DNA of 64,000 nucleotides from a bacterium (GCA_037130175.1 JBAXTN010000006.1:21829-85828); one strand, 5' to 3'; counted from the stretch's first letter, positions 19,219-29,939 are shown. Translations and numbers: made by a program. The notes: generated by a model from the sequence alone, not told the origin.

Positions 19219-20550
19219 ATGGCAAGAGACCTCTTTCAAAAATGCCGCGACTATAGCGACTCTGCGGATGCCCGGGCACAGGGATTTTACCCTTACTTCC
19301 GTTGCATCGAGGAGAGCTTGGGCAATCATGTGATCTGCGAAGGCGAGAGCAAGATCATGATCGGGTCCAATAATTATCTCGGACTTGCCCAGGATCCCCG
19401 CGTCGTCGAGGCCGCCTGCGCCGCAACGCGCAGATACGGGGCGGGCTGCACCGGTTCACGCCTGCTCAACGGTACGATCACGCTTCACAATCAACTGGAA
19501 GAAGCCCTTGCCGATTTTCTCCAACGGGAATCCGTCATGCTTTTTTCCACCGGATTCTTTGCCAATCAGGGAGCATTGGCAGCACTTCTGGAATCCGACG
19601 ATGTGATTCTCTGCGACAGGGAGAACCACGCCTCGATCATCGAGGGGTGTCAGGTCTCTCCGGCAAGGCTGATTCCCTACCGACACAATTCCGTCGATGC
19701 CCTGTACAACCGTCTCAAGCGCGTTCCCGAAGAGGCAGGCAGGCTCATCATCATGGATGGAGTGTTCAGCATGTCGGGTGACATAGCCGATCTGCCTCCC
19801 ATGGTCCGGGCCGCCAAGGAATATGGGGCCGTCATGTATGTCGATGAGGCACACTCTCTCGGGGTGCTTGGCCCTGAAGGGCGGGGCACGGTACACCACT
19901 TCGGCGTGAATGATGATGTGGAGATCGTCATGGGAACTTTCTCGAAGTCACTTGGCTCGATGGGTGGATTTATCGCCGGATCGCGGGAGATGGTGGAATT
20001 TCTCAAACACAAGGCCCGCTGTTTCATCTTTACCGCCTCGCTGGCTCCGGCTGTCGTCGGAGGTGTCCTCAAGGCCCTTGAGATTATGCGTGCCGAGCCT
20101 GAGCGTATCGAACTGCTCTGGCGCAATACCCGTAAAATGCATGAGGGCTTCAAGTCGATCGGTTTCAAGATAGGTTCCACCCAAACTCCGATTGTGCCGA
20201 TTCTGATCGGCAGCGAGTCCAAGGCATTTGCCTTTGCCCAGAGGTTGTTTGAAGAAGGGGTCTTTGCCACTCCAGCCATCTACCCAGCCGTCCGCTATGG
20301 CGAGGCAATCGTCCGTACCAGTTTCATGTCGAGTCACACGGAGGAGGATCTTGATAAGGTGCTCGACATTTTTGCCCGCATTGCCCGAGAACTTGGAACT
20401 TTCGATGATCCAGCATACACAGAACCAGGCCGCCGTCGGAATGTCTTCGATTTTGCCCTGCCGGACCGCGGCGGAGCTGAAAAAGTTCGAACAGATTCCG
20501 GAACTTCTACACTCAACGGATCCGGGCTTCACGCCTCCGTTTCCCGGTAG
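19219..20550 (+). CDS. PLP-dependent alpha-oxoamine synthase, serine palmitoyltransferase-like
   Basis: The AOS family fold is present throughout: GSNNYLGL, CTGSRLLNGT, DRENHASII, MDGVFSMSGD, YVDEAHSLGVLG, and the PLP lysine in GTFSKSLGSMGG. The N-terminus FYPYFRCIE is typical of the Spt/KBL-like branch. About 45 aa of C-terminal tail lie beyond the usual family end and overlap the next gene. Confidence 0.88.
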   Translation: MARDLFQKCRDYSDSADARAQGFYPYFRCIEESLGNHVICEGESKIMIGSNNYLGLAQDPRVVEAACAATRRYGAGCTGSRLLNGTITLHNQLEEALADFLQRESVMLFSTGFFANQGALAALLESDDVILCDRENHASIIEGCQVSPARLIPYRHNSVDALYNRLKRVPEEAGRLIIMDGVFSMSGDIADLPPMVRAAKEYGAVMYVDEAHSLGVLGPEGRGTVHHFGVNDDVEIVMGTFSKSLGSMGGFIAGSREMVEFLKHKARCFIFTASLAPAVVGGVLKALEIMRAEPERIELLWRNTRKMHEGFKSIGFKIGSTQTPIVPILIGSESKAFAFAQRLFEEGVFATPAIYPAVRYGEAIVRTSFMSSHTEEDLDKVLDIFARIARELGTFDDPAYTEPGRRRNVFDFALPDRGGAEKVRTDSGTSTLNGSGLHASVSR

Positions 20551-21559
20551 TGTCTTCAAACTGATCGAGCCGAAATCCGTCTTCGTGCAGAAGCACGGGG
20601 AGGTGCATCCCCTGATTGCCTATCGTGATGGCAAGCCGGTCGGTCGCATCGCCGCCATCGTCAATCGTTCACACAATGGCTACAACAAGGATGCCGTTGG
20701 TTTTTTTGGGTTTTTCGATTCGATTGATGATCAAATTGTCGCGACCGCACTGATGGAAGCGGCCTCCAAAATTTTACTGGCCAAGGGGATGACCTCGATG
20801 CGAGGCCCTTATAACCCCTCCATCAACGATGATTGCGGTATTCTGGTGGAGGGATGTGAGCGCCCGAGCTTTGTCTCCATGCCTTGGAATCCGGTCTATT
20901 ACGCCAAACTCGTGAAGGGTGCCGGATTGGAGGGTGTGCGCACCCTCTATGCATGGGAAGTGCCGTTGCTGCGTGAGGCACCAGAGAGGGTCAACCGCAT
21001 CGTTGACCGCATCAAGAAACGCAGTAAAGTCACCGTGCGTCCGATTAATCTGAAGGAGATCAAGAAGGAGATGGAGATCATCCATCGACTCTACAACCAA
21101 TGTCTGGATCGCAATTGGGGTTTCTACCCCATCGCCCTTGAGGATCTGCTTCATGCAGCGGATGATCTCAAGGCTATCGCCAATCCGGAACTCATCCTCT
21201 TTGTCTGTATGGATGGTAGGGAGGTGGGATTCTCCCTTGCCTTGCCAAATGTGAATGAGGTTTTCCATGCATCACGAGGGCGCAAGGGAATCCTTCGTTT
21301 TCTCGAAATGGCTCTGCGTCTCCAGTTCCAAAAAATCAAAACAGATCGTCTCTGCGTGCTGGGGGTGGAGCCCGCCTACCGTGACAAGGGGCTTAGTGCC
21401 CTGCTCTTCTTTGAGAGCTTCCGTGTGGCGAAGGCCAGCTATGAAGTTTCCGAAATTTCCTGGGTCGAGGCAAATAATGTCGAGATTCTGGAGGGTGCGG
21501 AACTAATGGGCGGGTATCGCTCCCGCACCTACGAGCTGTTTGAGAAGACGCTGGTGTAA
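20405..21559 (+). CDS. Large GNAT-superfamily N-acyltransferase (~380 aa)
   Basis: ATG 20405 or ATG 20441 within ORF 20228..21559. The family pattern is DPGFTPPF...HGEVHPLIAYRDGKPVGRIAAIVNRSHN...VGFFGFFDSIDD...MRGPYNPSINDDCGILVEG...NWGFYPI...VLGVEPAYRDKGL. Confidence 0.8.
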   Translation: MIQHTQNQAAVGMSSILPCRTAAELKKFEQIPELLHSTDPGFTPPFPGSVFKLIEPKSVFVQKHGEVHPLIAYRDGKPVGRIAAIVNRSHNGYNKDAVGFFGFFDSIDDQIVATALMEAASKILLAKGMTSMRGPYNPSINDDCGILVEGCERPSFVSMPWNPVYYAKLVKGAGLEGVRTLYAWEVPLLREAPERVNRIVDRIKKRSKVTVRPINLKEIKKEMEIIHRLYNQCLDRNWGFYPIALEDLLHAADDLKAIANPELILFVCMDGREVGFSLALPNVNEVFHASRGRKGILRFLEMALRLQFQKIKTDRLCVLGVEPAYRDKGLSALLFFESFRVAKASYEVSEISWVEANNVEILEGAELMGGYRSRTYELFEKTLV

Positions 21560-21574
21560 GTTCAATTATTTTTA

Positions 21575-22585
21575 ATGGAACTCCTTCTCACCGGAGCTAC
21601 GGGATTTGTCGGGAGGAATCTCCTGCTACGATTGATTCCTGACGCTCGTTTCTCTAGAATCATCCTTCCGGTTCGCGATCCCGAGAAACTCAAGATGCAG
21701 CTCAGTATGGAATTGCGCGACGCGATGACTATGGATCAACTCGGAGATCGTCTTCAGATCGTTAAGGTTTCAGGCGATGCATGGGAAATTCCCGGGAGGG
21801 TGCGACCCGATCTCGCCATTCATGCAGCGGGACGGCTCTTTGGCCGGGAACGCGAGGGATATTTCCAGACCAATATGCAGGGAAGTCTCAATCTCGCAAG
21901 GCAACTGCCCGAGATCACGCGCATGATCGTCCTTTCTTCCTTGGCCGCGGGAGGGCCGACTCCGAAGGGAAAGGAGTCTCGAAGCATGGATCATGATGAT
22001 GCCCCCTTTTCTTTCTATGGAGCCTCGAAGCTTGCGATGGAAAAGAGATTGCAGGAAAAACTTGGCTCACGATTGCTGATCCTTCGCCCTCCGATGGTTC
22101 TTGGGGCTAGGGATACGGCCACTGTGCCACTTTTTCAAATGGCGAAGGGAGTGGTGCGGGTTAAACCGGGATTCCAGCCCAAGCAGTATAGCTGGATCGC
22201 TGTGGATGATCTCTGTGATGCTTTGCTCGCAGCAGCAATGTCGCAGTGGCCCGATGATCGGAAGCCGTTCTATCTCACGGGCAGCGGGAGTATCACCGAT
22301 ACCATGTTGCTTGCCACGGCGGCAGAGGTCATTGCTGCACGAGGCATAACCCTTCCGCTCCCGCACGCAGTGATCCAGGGAGTGTCTATATTGCTGGATT
22401 CCATTCCAGCCCTGCGTGAAGCCGTGCCAAGCCTCGGCCGGGATCGTGTGCGGGAAATCCTACCCAACCGCTGGGTCTGTGATGGGAGCGAGTTTGCCAA
22501 GGCTTTTGATTGGAAACCACGCAGGGGATTCGCTGAAACATTGAAGGCGACTGCCGAGTGGTTAAAAAACCGGGATAAAATTTAA
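21575..22585 (+). CDS. NAD(P)-dependent epimerase/dehydratase-family (extended SDR) oxidoreductase
   Basis: Rossmann motif LLTGATGFVGRNLL, catalytic YGASK, 336 aa. Confidence 0.85.
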   Translation: MELLLTGATGFVGRNLLLRLIPDARFSRIILPVRDPEKLKMQLSMELRDAMTMDQLGDRLQIVKVSGDAWEIPGRVRPDLAIHAAGRLFGREREGYFQTNMQGSLNLARQLPEITRMIVLSSLAAGGPTPKGKESRSMDHDDAPFSFYGASKLAMEKRLQEKLGSRLLILRPPMVLGARDTATVPLFQMAKGVVRVKPGFQPKQYSWIAVDDLCDALLAAAMSQWPDDRKPFYLTGSGSITDTMLLATAAEVIAARGITLPLPHAVIQGVSILLDSIPALREAVPSLGRDRVREILPNRWVCDGSEFAKAFDWKPRRGFAETLKATAEWLKNRDKI

Positions 22586-22599
22586 GTTCCCCATTTACC

Positions 22600-23163
22600 T
22601 CAGTTCAACGAGAGATCATCCGGTGCCTCCGCCAGCAGGCGATACCACGGACCGAGTTCCCTCATGATGCCACGCCAGCGAGCCATTCCCTCTTCGGGAG
22701 TGGTCACAGCCTTCAGGAGCGGAGCTGTGGGAGGGAGGATAAGCCATGATTTTTGCCTGATCTCCGACTCCAATTGTCCTTCGGACCATCCCGCATAGCC
22801 GGTGAAAGCCCTGAATCCCCTATTGTCCGACATCGAAAGACTCTCTTTCCGGTCGAAAGATTCAAAGCTGGCCCCTTGTTCCATGAGGAGGATACGGGCA
22901 AGAAGTAGTTGCTGTTGTTCGACAGGCCCCCCTTCAAAGACGGGAACTTCCTTCAGGTCATCGGGCGACTCGGTCAGTTCCCCCAGTGTTCTCCCGCTGG
23001 GACGATTCAGGATCACTCCCAGAGCACCCTCCTTTGTTTCGTGGCGTGTGAGGAAAATAATCGAGCGACGGAAGTTGGGGTCCAACAAGGTCGGAACGGC
23101 CACCAAAAGGGATCCCGTCAGATCGGCGTGTTCATTCTGAGGGGATTTCATCGGGCGCATCAT
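22600..23163 (-). CDS. YqgE/AlgH-family protein (UPF0301)
   Basis: LTGSLLVAVPTLLDPNFRRSIIFLTRHETKEGALGVILNRP...GGPVEQQQLLLA...FTGYAGWSEGQLESEI matches the family. An internal Met (23163 or 23151) gives the usual ~185 aa; the ORF opens at 23286. Confidence 0.85.
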   Translation of the reverse strand: MMRPMKSPQNEHADLTGSLLVAVPTLLDPNFRRSIIFLTRHETKEGALGVILNRPSGRTLGELTESPDDLKEVPVFEGGPVEQQQLLLARILLMEQGASFESFDRKESLSMSDNRGFRAFTGYAGWSEGQLESEIRQKSWLILPPTAPLLKAVTTPEEGMARWRGIMRELGPWYRLLAEAPDDLSLN

Positions 23164-23376
23164 TGAGTTTGTAGCTTTTTTTGTGCCGGTTTCAACCCGA
23201 TCCTGCAAGCAGGTGAACAGGGCCTTCGGTTCTCTGCAAAATACGCTAACTGCAAAAAACTCAAGAAATTTCTTGATCATGATCACCTGATGGGCTTCTA
23301 TTACCTCCCTTTTTTCGCCGGAACAGGCGCAAGAATACCTTTTTAAGACTCACAGCGACACTTTCCCTAACAAGCC

Positions 23377-23802
23377 ATGGCCAAAGAAATCACAGGACAG
23401 ATCAAGCTTCAGATCCCAGCAGGGCAGGCCAATCCAGCACCCCCGGTGGGTCCCGCGCTCGGTCAGCAGGGTGTCAACATCATGGCCTTCTGCAAGGAGT
23501 TTAACGCCGCCACGCAGAAGCAGGCAGGGGATATTCTTCCCGTTGTCATTACCGTTTACAAGGACAAGACCTTCACTTTCATCACCAAGTCTCCTCCGGC
23601 GGGTGTTCTTCTCAAGAAGGCTGCCGGCATTGCCTCCGGTTCCAAGGAGCCGAACAAAGTAAAGGTTGCCAAACTTTCCAAGAAGCAGGTCATGGATCTC
23701 GTCAAAATCAAGATGAAGGACATGAACGCCCGTAACGAGGAGGCTGCTTTCCGTACCCTCTGTGGAACTGCCCGCCAGATGGGGATCGAGATCGAAGGCT
23801 AA
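23377..23802 (+). CDS. rplK: 50S ribosomal protein L11
   Basis: [44 protein letters not shown]... is full-length L11. Confidence 0.97.
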   Translation: MAKEITGQIKLQIPAGQANPAPPVGPALGQQGVNIMAFCKEFNAATQKQAGDILPVVITVYKDKTFTFITKSPPAGVLLKKAAGIASGSKEPNKVKVAKLSKKQVMDLVKIKMKDMNARNEEAAFRTLCGTARQMGIEIEG

Positions 23803-23871
23803 GCGCTGCAAATTTTCAACATCAACACCCAACCCGCAGGAGGTTCTAGAACCGCTTGAACTGCAAAAAGT

Positions 23872-24570
23872 ATGCAAAACAAACGCAGCAAACGCTATCG
23901 CGCAGCCTCTGAGCTCGTCGAGAAAGGTCGCAAATATCCCCTGAGTGACGCACTTGCCGTCCTCAAGAAAATGCCGCCGACAAAATTTGACCAGACCGTC
24001 ACCGTTTCACTCCGTCTGGGGGTTGATCCCAAGCAGAGTGACCAGATGGTTCGGGGAACCTGCCCTCTGCCGCATGGAAGTGGTAAAAATGTCCGCGTGC
24101 TTGTCTTTGCAACCGGAGTCGCGGCAACCGCCGCAAAGGATGCCGGTGCTGAGTTTGTCGGGTTTGAGGATCTCCTGAAAAAAGTTCAGGGTGGATTTTC
24201 GGATTTCGATGTGGCTATTGCCACTCCAGCCGCAATGGTTGAGGTGCGTAAGCTCGGAAAGGTGCTCGGACCCCGTGGGCTGATGCCCAACCCAAAGACC
24301 GGAACCGTGAGTGACGACACCGCCAAGGCAGTGCAGGAAGTCAAGGCCGGCCGCGTAGAGTTCAAGCTTGATAAGAATGCAAACATTGCCGTTCCCGTCG
24401 GTAAGATTTCTTTCTCGGAAGCGCAGCTTCTGGATAACGGAAAGGCCGTCATCGAGGCGGTCGTCAAGTCCCGCCCAGCTACCGCCAAGGGGGCCTTTGT
24501 CGAGGCGGTCACACTTGCCGCCACCATGCTCCCCGGTATCGCCGTGGATGCCTCCCCTTTCCTCAAGTAA
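23872..24570 (+). CDS. rplA: 50S ribosomal protein L1
   Basis: [35 protein letters not shown]...[14 protein letters not shown] is full-length L1. Confidence 0.97.
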   Translation: MQNKRSKRYRAASELVEKGRKYPLSDALAVLKKMPPTKFDQTVTVSLRLGVDPKQSDQMVRGTCPLPHGSGKNVRVLVFATGVAATAAKDAGAEFVGFEDLLKKVQGGFSDFDVAIATPAAMVEVRKLGKVLGPRGLMPNPKTGTVSDDTAKAVQEVKAGRVEFKLDKNANIAVPVGKISFSEAQLLDNGKAVIEAVVKSRPATAKGAFVEAVTLAATMLPGIAVDASPFLK

Positions 24571-24600
24571 CAGAAAGAACTTTAACCAGGAACTACCACC

Positions 24601-25206
24601 ATGCGCCCTGAGAAACCCACAATTGTCGAGGATGTCAAACTCCGCCTTGCTAACTCACCCTTCCTGATCGTCGTCGAATACGGCGGCATGAATGTCAATC
24701 ATTTTGCCGAGTTGCGCAACCGCCTTGCCGGTGCCGGAGCCACGCTCACTGTCATTAAGAACACCTTCCTCCGCCGCTCCATCAAGGATGCCGGCTACCC
24801 GGAGCTCGATGCCCATCTGACAGGGCAGACTGCGTTTGTGGTTGGCGAGAAGGACATCTGCGCTTCGGCCAAGATTCTAAAGACTTTCGCCGCTGAATTT
24901 GAGAAACCCGCGATCCGTGCCGGCATTCTCGATAATTCCGTGCTCACGACCGACGAAGTGATCGCATTGGCTGATCTGCCAAGCAAGGAAGTCCTGCAGG
25001 CACAGCTTCTTGGACTGCTCCTTCAGCCCGCCACCCGCCTCGTGCGCACGCTCAACGAGCCAGCCGCAAGCTTGGCTCGGGTGCTTCAGGCCATTGTCGA
25101 AAAGGCTCCCGCTGCGCCTGCAATGGAAGCCCCATCGGAGCCTGTCTCCGCTGTGGAGGCGCCTGTTGCCGAGACCCCGGCATCAGAGGCTCCCGCCGCT
25201 GAATAA
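24601..25206 (+). CDS. rplJ: 50S ribosomal protein L10 (with A/P/E-rich C-terminal extension)
   Basis: The L10 core runs from KPTIVEDVKLRLANSPFLIVVEYGGMNVNHFAELRNRL to LQAQLLGLLLQPATRLVRTL. The tail is PAAPAMEAPSEPVSAVEAPVAETPASEAPAAE. Confidence 0.93.
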   Translation: MRPEKPTIVEDVKLRLANSPFLIVVEYGGMNVNHFAELRNRLAGAGATLTVIKNTFLRRSIKDAGYPELDAHLTGQTAFVVGEKDICASAKILKTFAAEFEKPAIRAGILDNSVLTTDEVIALADLPSKEVLQAQLLGLLLQPATRLVRTLNEPAASLARVLQAIVEKAPAAPAMEAPSEPVSAVEAPVAETPASEAPAAE

Positions 25207-25374
25207 CGACAGTATTCCAAACCAACAATTTTCTAACCGAAACAAATTTCTCCCGGCGTACGAAGCCACGACGGGTGAAGGAAAAACAACACGATGAATA
25301 GTCGGGCCGGCGGCTGCCGGTCTCAAATGTCCTGAGGCTTCGGGACGCGACGTCATCAAAATCCAAAAAACACC

Positions 25375-25764
25375 ATGTCCGACAATCAAGCCCTCGTAGA
25401 TCAACTCAGCAACCTGACAGTCCTTCAGATCGCTGACCTCGTTAAGTCCCTCGAAGAAAAGTGGGGCGTTAGCGCCGCCGCTCCCGTAGCAGTTGCTGCT
25501 GCCGGTGGAGCCGCTGCCGGTGGAGCCGCTGCTCCAGCAGCCGAAGAGAAGACCTCCTTCGATGTCATCCTCAAGGAAGTTGGCGCCAACAAGATCGGCG
25601 TCATTAAAGAAGTGCGTGCCGCAGTCCCAGGACTCGGTCTTGCCGAGGCCAAGGCTCTCGTCGAGAGCGCTCCCAAGGCGATCAAGGAAGGTGCCACCAA
25701 GGAAGAAGCAGAAGAGATCAAGAAGAAGATCGAAGCTGCCGGCGCCAAGGCTGAGATCAAGTAA
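25375..25764 (+). CDS. rplL: 50S ribosomal protein L7/L12
   Basis: N-terminal dimerisation helix, an Ala/Gly hinge and the C-terminal domain [45 protein letters not shown]. Confidence 0.97.
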   Translation: MSDNQALVDQLSNLTVLQIADLVKSLEEKWGVSAAAPVAVAAAGGAAAGGAAAPAAEEKTSFDVILKEVGANKIGVIKEVRAAVPGLGLAEAKALVESAPKAIKEGATKEEAEEIKKKIEAAGAKAEIK

Positions 25765-25779
25765 TTCAAGGCGGTTTTT

Positions 25780-25831
25780 AACCGGTCATCGGCGTGAATG
25801 GAAAATTATCCCATTGACACGATGGCCGGTT
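25780..25831 (+). promoter_or_regulatory. Long stem-loop just after the rplL stop (possible processing or attenuation element)
   Basis: AACCGGTCATCG (25780-25791) pairs with CGATGGCCGGTT (25820-25831), with one G-U pair. An inner AATGG/CCATT extension is present. No U-run follows. Confidence 0.4.
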
Positions 25832-25903
25832 GCCCGTAAAAGAAAAAGTTCCACCTGTCCCGAGCCCTGCACCCCGGTCACACGACACCTCATTACTTTG
25901 CGA

Positions 25904-25945
25904 CCGTTGCCGCCCGCGCTAACCACGCGACTGACGGCTTTTTTT
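25904..25945 (+). terminator. Candidate attenuator/terminator in the rplL-rpoB spacer
   Basis: An imperfect GC-rich hairpin (CCGT...CGCG-loop-CGCG...ACGG) is followed by T7 (25939-25945) and a second T7 (25953-25959). The position is analogous to the E. coli rplL-rpoB attenuator. Confidence 0.35.
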
Positions 25946-26099
25946 CCTGCTGTTTTTTTCAATTTTCTGTCTCCCCCCGGAGCCAACAACCCGTTCTCTT
26001 TCCTTGTGATGCAGCCTTTTCAGGCTGTAGCCATTAAGGGAGAGGCTGCCATTACGGCGATCCCAAGCGACAACCACGCGATACCACTGACCCTGCACC

Positions 26100-29000
26100 A
26101 TGTCTGACCGCATCTCCTTCGGCAAACTCTACGAGGCCATCCAGCCGCCGAACCTCATTGAACTGCAGATCAAATCGTACGAAGAATTTTTTCAAACGGG
26201 GGTCGAACCTTCGAAGCGGAAGAATGTTGGCCTGCAGGCAGTTTTCCGTGAGTTCTTCCCAATTTTTGGATTTGAAGAGAAATCGAGTCTCGATTTCGTA
26301 AGTTACAGTCTTGAAGAGCCCAAGGTGGGCCCCGTGGAATGCCAAATTGATGGCCAGACCTACAGCGCCCCTCTCTATGTGACTTTCCGTTATAAAGACG
26401 AGAAGTCCACGAAGGAAGAAAAGGTCTACATGGGTGAAATTCCCCTCATGACCCGTCAGGGTACCTTTATTGTCAATGGAGCCGAGCGCGTCGTTGTCAG
26501 TCAGTTGCATCGTTCTCCCGGTATTTGCTTTGAATCGGACATTCACCTTAATGGAAAGCTCCTCTTTGGATTCCGTATCATTCCTGACCGTGGTTCCTGG
26601 ACGGAAGTGCAGTTCGATACAAACGATCTGCTATATGTCTATCTTGACCGTCGCAAACGCCGTCGCAAGTTCCTGGCCACGACTTTCCTGCGAGCACTGG
26701 GTTATCCTACGGACGAGGAAATCGCCTCTCTTTTCTACAAAATTGAGTCGTTGAAGCTCTCCGACAAGCTTGACGAGGAAGCGATGAGCACCAAGGTGCT
26801 GCTTGCCGATGTCCGCGAAGGTGATGCCATCATCGCCCGTGCCTATGAACCTCTCACGCCCGCAGTCATCCGTGATCTCATCCGCGCGGGACACAGCAGC
26901 GTCAAGGTGATCGACACCAAGGAAGATGATACCATTGTCAAATCCCTGAAGCGCGATCCCGCCCACAGTGAGGAGGAAGCCCTCAAGGACATCTATCGCA
27001 AACTCCGTCCTGGAGATCCTCCAACAGTTCAGAATGCCCGCGGCATGCTGAAGAGGCTCTTCTTCGATTCCAAACGCTACGATCTCGGTCGTGTCGGACG
27101 ACACAAAATCCAGCAGAAGCTTGGTCTCGATCCCAAGATCGACGACCGCATTCTCCGCAAGGAAGATATTGTTGAATCCATGCGCTATCTCCTCAAGCTG
27201 CGCAAGGGTGACGGAATGACGGATGATATCGATCATCTGGGCAGTCGTCGTGTCCGCACGGTAGGCGAACTTCTGGCCAACCAGTGCCGCGTCGGTCTTT
27301 CCCGTACTGAGCGACTAGTTCGTGAGCGCATGGCGCTTTACGATCCAACCATTGATCACATCACTCCTCAGAAACTGATCAATCCCAAGTCGTTGAGTGC
27401 CGTGGTACGTGATTTCTTTGGCCGTTCCCAGCTCTCGCAGTTCATGGATCAGACGAATCCACTCTCCGAGCTAACCCACAAGCGCCGGCTTTCGGCCCTT
27501 GGGCCCGGAGGTCTTTCCCGTGAGAGAGCCGGATTTGAGGTGCGCGATGTCCACCCTTCGCACTATGGCCGTATCTGCCCCATTGAGACTCCTGAAGGTC
27601 CCAACATCGGACTGATCAGCTCACTAAGCACCTATGCACGGGTCAACGACTTCGGCTTCATCGAGACTCCTTACCGCAAGGTTAAGGGGGGATGTGTTAC
27701 CGATGACATCGAATACCTGACCGGTGATCGTGACGAAAACTTCTATGTCGCCCAGGCCAATTCACCCGTAGATAGCAAGGGTAAGTTCCTCGGGGAGACG
27801 GTTTCCTCGCGTTATCGTGGCGATTTCGTTGAAATTGAACCGGAGAAAGTTCAGTACATGGATGTTTCTCCGAAACAGTTGGTCTCGGTGGCTGCCGGTC
27901 TGATTCCCTTCCTCGAGCATGATGACGCGAATCGCGCCTTGATGGGATCCAACATGCAACGCCAGGGAGTGCCTCTGCTCATCTCAGAGTCGCCCATCGT
28001 CGGTACAGGCATGGAGGGCAGGGTTGCCAGAGATTCCCGCGCGGTGGTGGTTTCCGAATCCAATGGCAAGGTTGCTTCAGTCGATTCACAAAGAGTCATC
28101 GTCACCAAGGATGGCGAACTTCCCGAAGGAAAGAAGAAGATCAAGGACGATCCTGAAAACGGGGTTCGGGTCTATGACCTCCGCAAGTTCATGCGCTCCA
28201 ACAGCAGTACATGCATTAACCAGCATCCTATCGTCAAGAAGGGGCAGGTTATCAAGACGGGTGATGTTCTTGCAGACGGCCCGAATACTGAAAACGGCGA
28301 GCTCGCCCTAGGTCGCAATGTACTCGTCGCCTTCATGCCTTGGAACGGATATAATTTCGAGGATGCCATCATGATCTCGGAACGCGTGGTCAAGGAGGAC
28401 ATCTACACCTCGATTCACATTGATGAATTTGAAATCGGTGCCCGGGATACCAAACTTGGTCCTGAGGAAATCACCCGTGATATTCCCAATGTCAGCGAGG
28501 AAGCCCTTCAGAATCTTGGCCCGGACGGAGTGATCCGCATTGGTGCCGAAGTGAAGCCCGGTGACATTCTGGTTGGAAAGATTACTCCGAAGAGTGAAAC
28601 TGAACTTGCGCCTGAAGAGCGTCTTTTGCGAGCCATCTTCGGGGAGAAAGCCGCCGATGTGAAGGATACCTCCCTCACCGTTCCTTCAGGTACCTATGGC
28701 ATCGTCATGGATGTGCGCGTCTCCTCCAAGGAGAAGGCTGCCAAGACCAAGATGACACCAAGTGAATCCAAGCGTCAGCAGAAGATGATTCAGGAGGACA
28801 ACAAGAAGCGTAAGGACGAGCTCTTCGAGCAGCTCACCGAGGCCCTTGCCAATGTCCTGCTTGGTGAGAAGATCCCTCTCGATGTTGTCAACGGAGAGAC
28901 GGGTGAGATCATCATTCCCGCCAATCGCAAGATCACCAAGATGCTGCTCCGCAAGCTTGCCGGCGTCTATAATGTGGTCGAAATCGATCCGAGTCCGATC

Positions 29001-29900
29001 CGCAACAAGATCCGCGAGATCATCGGTCAGTTCGAGCACCGCTTTGCCGATCTCGAGAACGAGAAGGAAGAAAATCTTGGCCGCGTCGAAAGCGGTGACG
29101 ATGTCGATCCTGGCATCATTAAACAGGTCAAGGTCTTCATCGCCAGCAAGCGCAAGCTCTCTGTTGGTGACAAGATGGCCGGTCGTCATGGAAACAAAGG
29201 CGTTGTTGCCAAGATCGTTCCCGAGGAGGACATGCCGTTCCTGCCCGATGGAACTCCTGTTGACATCGTGCTCAATCCACTTGGTGTGCCGAGTCGTATG
29301 AATGTAGGGCAGGTTCTCGAGACTCATCTGGGTATTGCTGCCAGGGCTCTTGGATTCAAGGTGGCCACCCCTGTCTTCGACGGAATTCCAGAGAGCCGCA
29401 TCCGCGAATACCTTGTGGAAGCCGGTCAGAAGGAAGGTTTCTCATGGATTCAGGAGAATGGCAAATCCACCCTCATCGACGGTCGCACCGGCGAAGTTTT
29501 TGACCAGCAGGTTGTGGTGGGTGTCATCTACATGCTCAAGCTTGGACATCTTGTCGCCGACAAGATCCATGCCCGCGCCGTTGGTCCTTACTCCCTCGTT
29601 ACCCAGCAGCCGCTGGGTGGCAAGGCCCAGTACGGAGGACAGCGTTTCGGAGAGATGGAGGTCTGGGCGCTTGAGGCCTATGGTGCCGCCTATACGCTAC
29701 AGGAATTGCTCACCGTCAAGTCGGACGATGTGCAGGGCCGCACGCGCATTTACGAGAGCATTGTCAAGGGAGACAACTCTCTGGAGGCCGGAATTCCCGA
29801 GTCCTTCAATGTGCTCATCAAGGAAATGCAGGGACTCGGACTTGATGTCCGTGTGGGTGGCAAGACTGCCCCCCTTCCCCTTGCCGACTCAGCAGCCTAA
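26100..29900 (+). CDS. rpoB: DNA-directed RNA polymerase subunit beta
   Basis: 1266 aa with conserved blocks throughout ([64 protein letters not shown]). Confidence 0.99.
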   Translation: MSDRISFGKLYEAIQPPNLIELQIKSYEEFFQTGVEPSKRKNVGLQAVFREFFPIFGFEEKSSLDFVSYSLEEPKVGPVECQIDGQTYSAPLYVTFRYKDEKSTKEEKVYMGEIPLMTRQGTFIVNGAERVVVSQLHRSPGICFESDIHLNGKLLFGFRIIPDRGSWTEVQFDTNDLLYVYLDRRKRRRKFLATTFLRALGYPTDEEIASLFYKIESLKLSDKLDEEAMSTKVLLADVREGDAIIARAYEPLTPAVIRDLIRAGHSSVKVIDTKEDDTIVKSLKRDPAHSEEEALKDIYRKLRPGDPPTVQNARGMLKRLFFDSKRYDLGRVGRHKIQQKLGLDPKIDDRILRKEDIVESMRYLLKLRKGDGMTDDIDHLGSRRVRTVGELLANQCRVGLSRTERLVRERMALYDPTIDHITPQKLINPKSLSAVVRDFFGRSQLSQFMDQTNPLSELTHKRRLSALGPGGLSRERAGFEVRDVHPSHYGRICPIETPEGPNIGLISSLSTYARVNDFGFIETPYRKVKGGCVTDDIEYLTGDRDENFYVAQANSPVDSKGKFLGETVSSRYRGDFVEIEPEKVQYMDVSPKQLVSVAAGLIPFLEHDDANRALMGSNMQRQGVPLLISESPIVGTGMEGRVARDSRAVVVSESNGKVASVDSQRVIVTKDGELPEGKKKIKDDPENGVRVYDLRKFMRSNSSTCINQHPIVKKGQVIKTGDVLADGPNTENGELALGRNVLVAFMPWNGYNFEDAIMISERVVKEDIYTSIHIDEFEIGARDTKLGPEEITRDIPNVSEEALQNLGPDGVIRIGAEVKPGDILVGKITPKSETELAPEERLLRAIFGEKAADVKDTSLTVPSGTYGIVMDVRVSSKEKAAKTKMTPSESKRQQKMIQEDNKKRKDELFEQLTEALANVLLGEKIPLDVVNGETGEIIIPANRKITKMLLRKLAGVYNVVEIDPSPIRNKIREIIGQFEHRFADLENEKEENLGRVESGDDVDPGIIKQVKVFIASKRKLSVGDKMAGRHGNKGVVAKIVPEEDMPFLPDGTPVDIVLNPLGVPSRMNVGQVLETHLGIAARALGFKVATPVFDGIPESRIREYLVEAGQKEGFSWIQENGKSTLIDGRTGEVFDQQVVVGVIYMLKLGHLVADKIHARAVGPYSLVTQQPLGGKAQYGGQRFGEMEVWALEAYGAAYTLQELLTVKSDDVQGRTRIYESIVKGDNSLEAGIPESFNVLIKEMQGLGLDVRVGGKTAPLPLADSAA

Positions 29901-29939
29901 TCAACTTACCGCTTAGCCAACCGCAGCATATTAAGAGCC

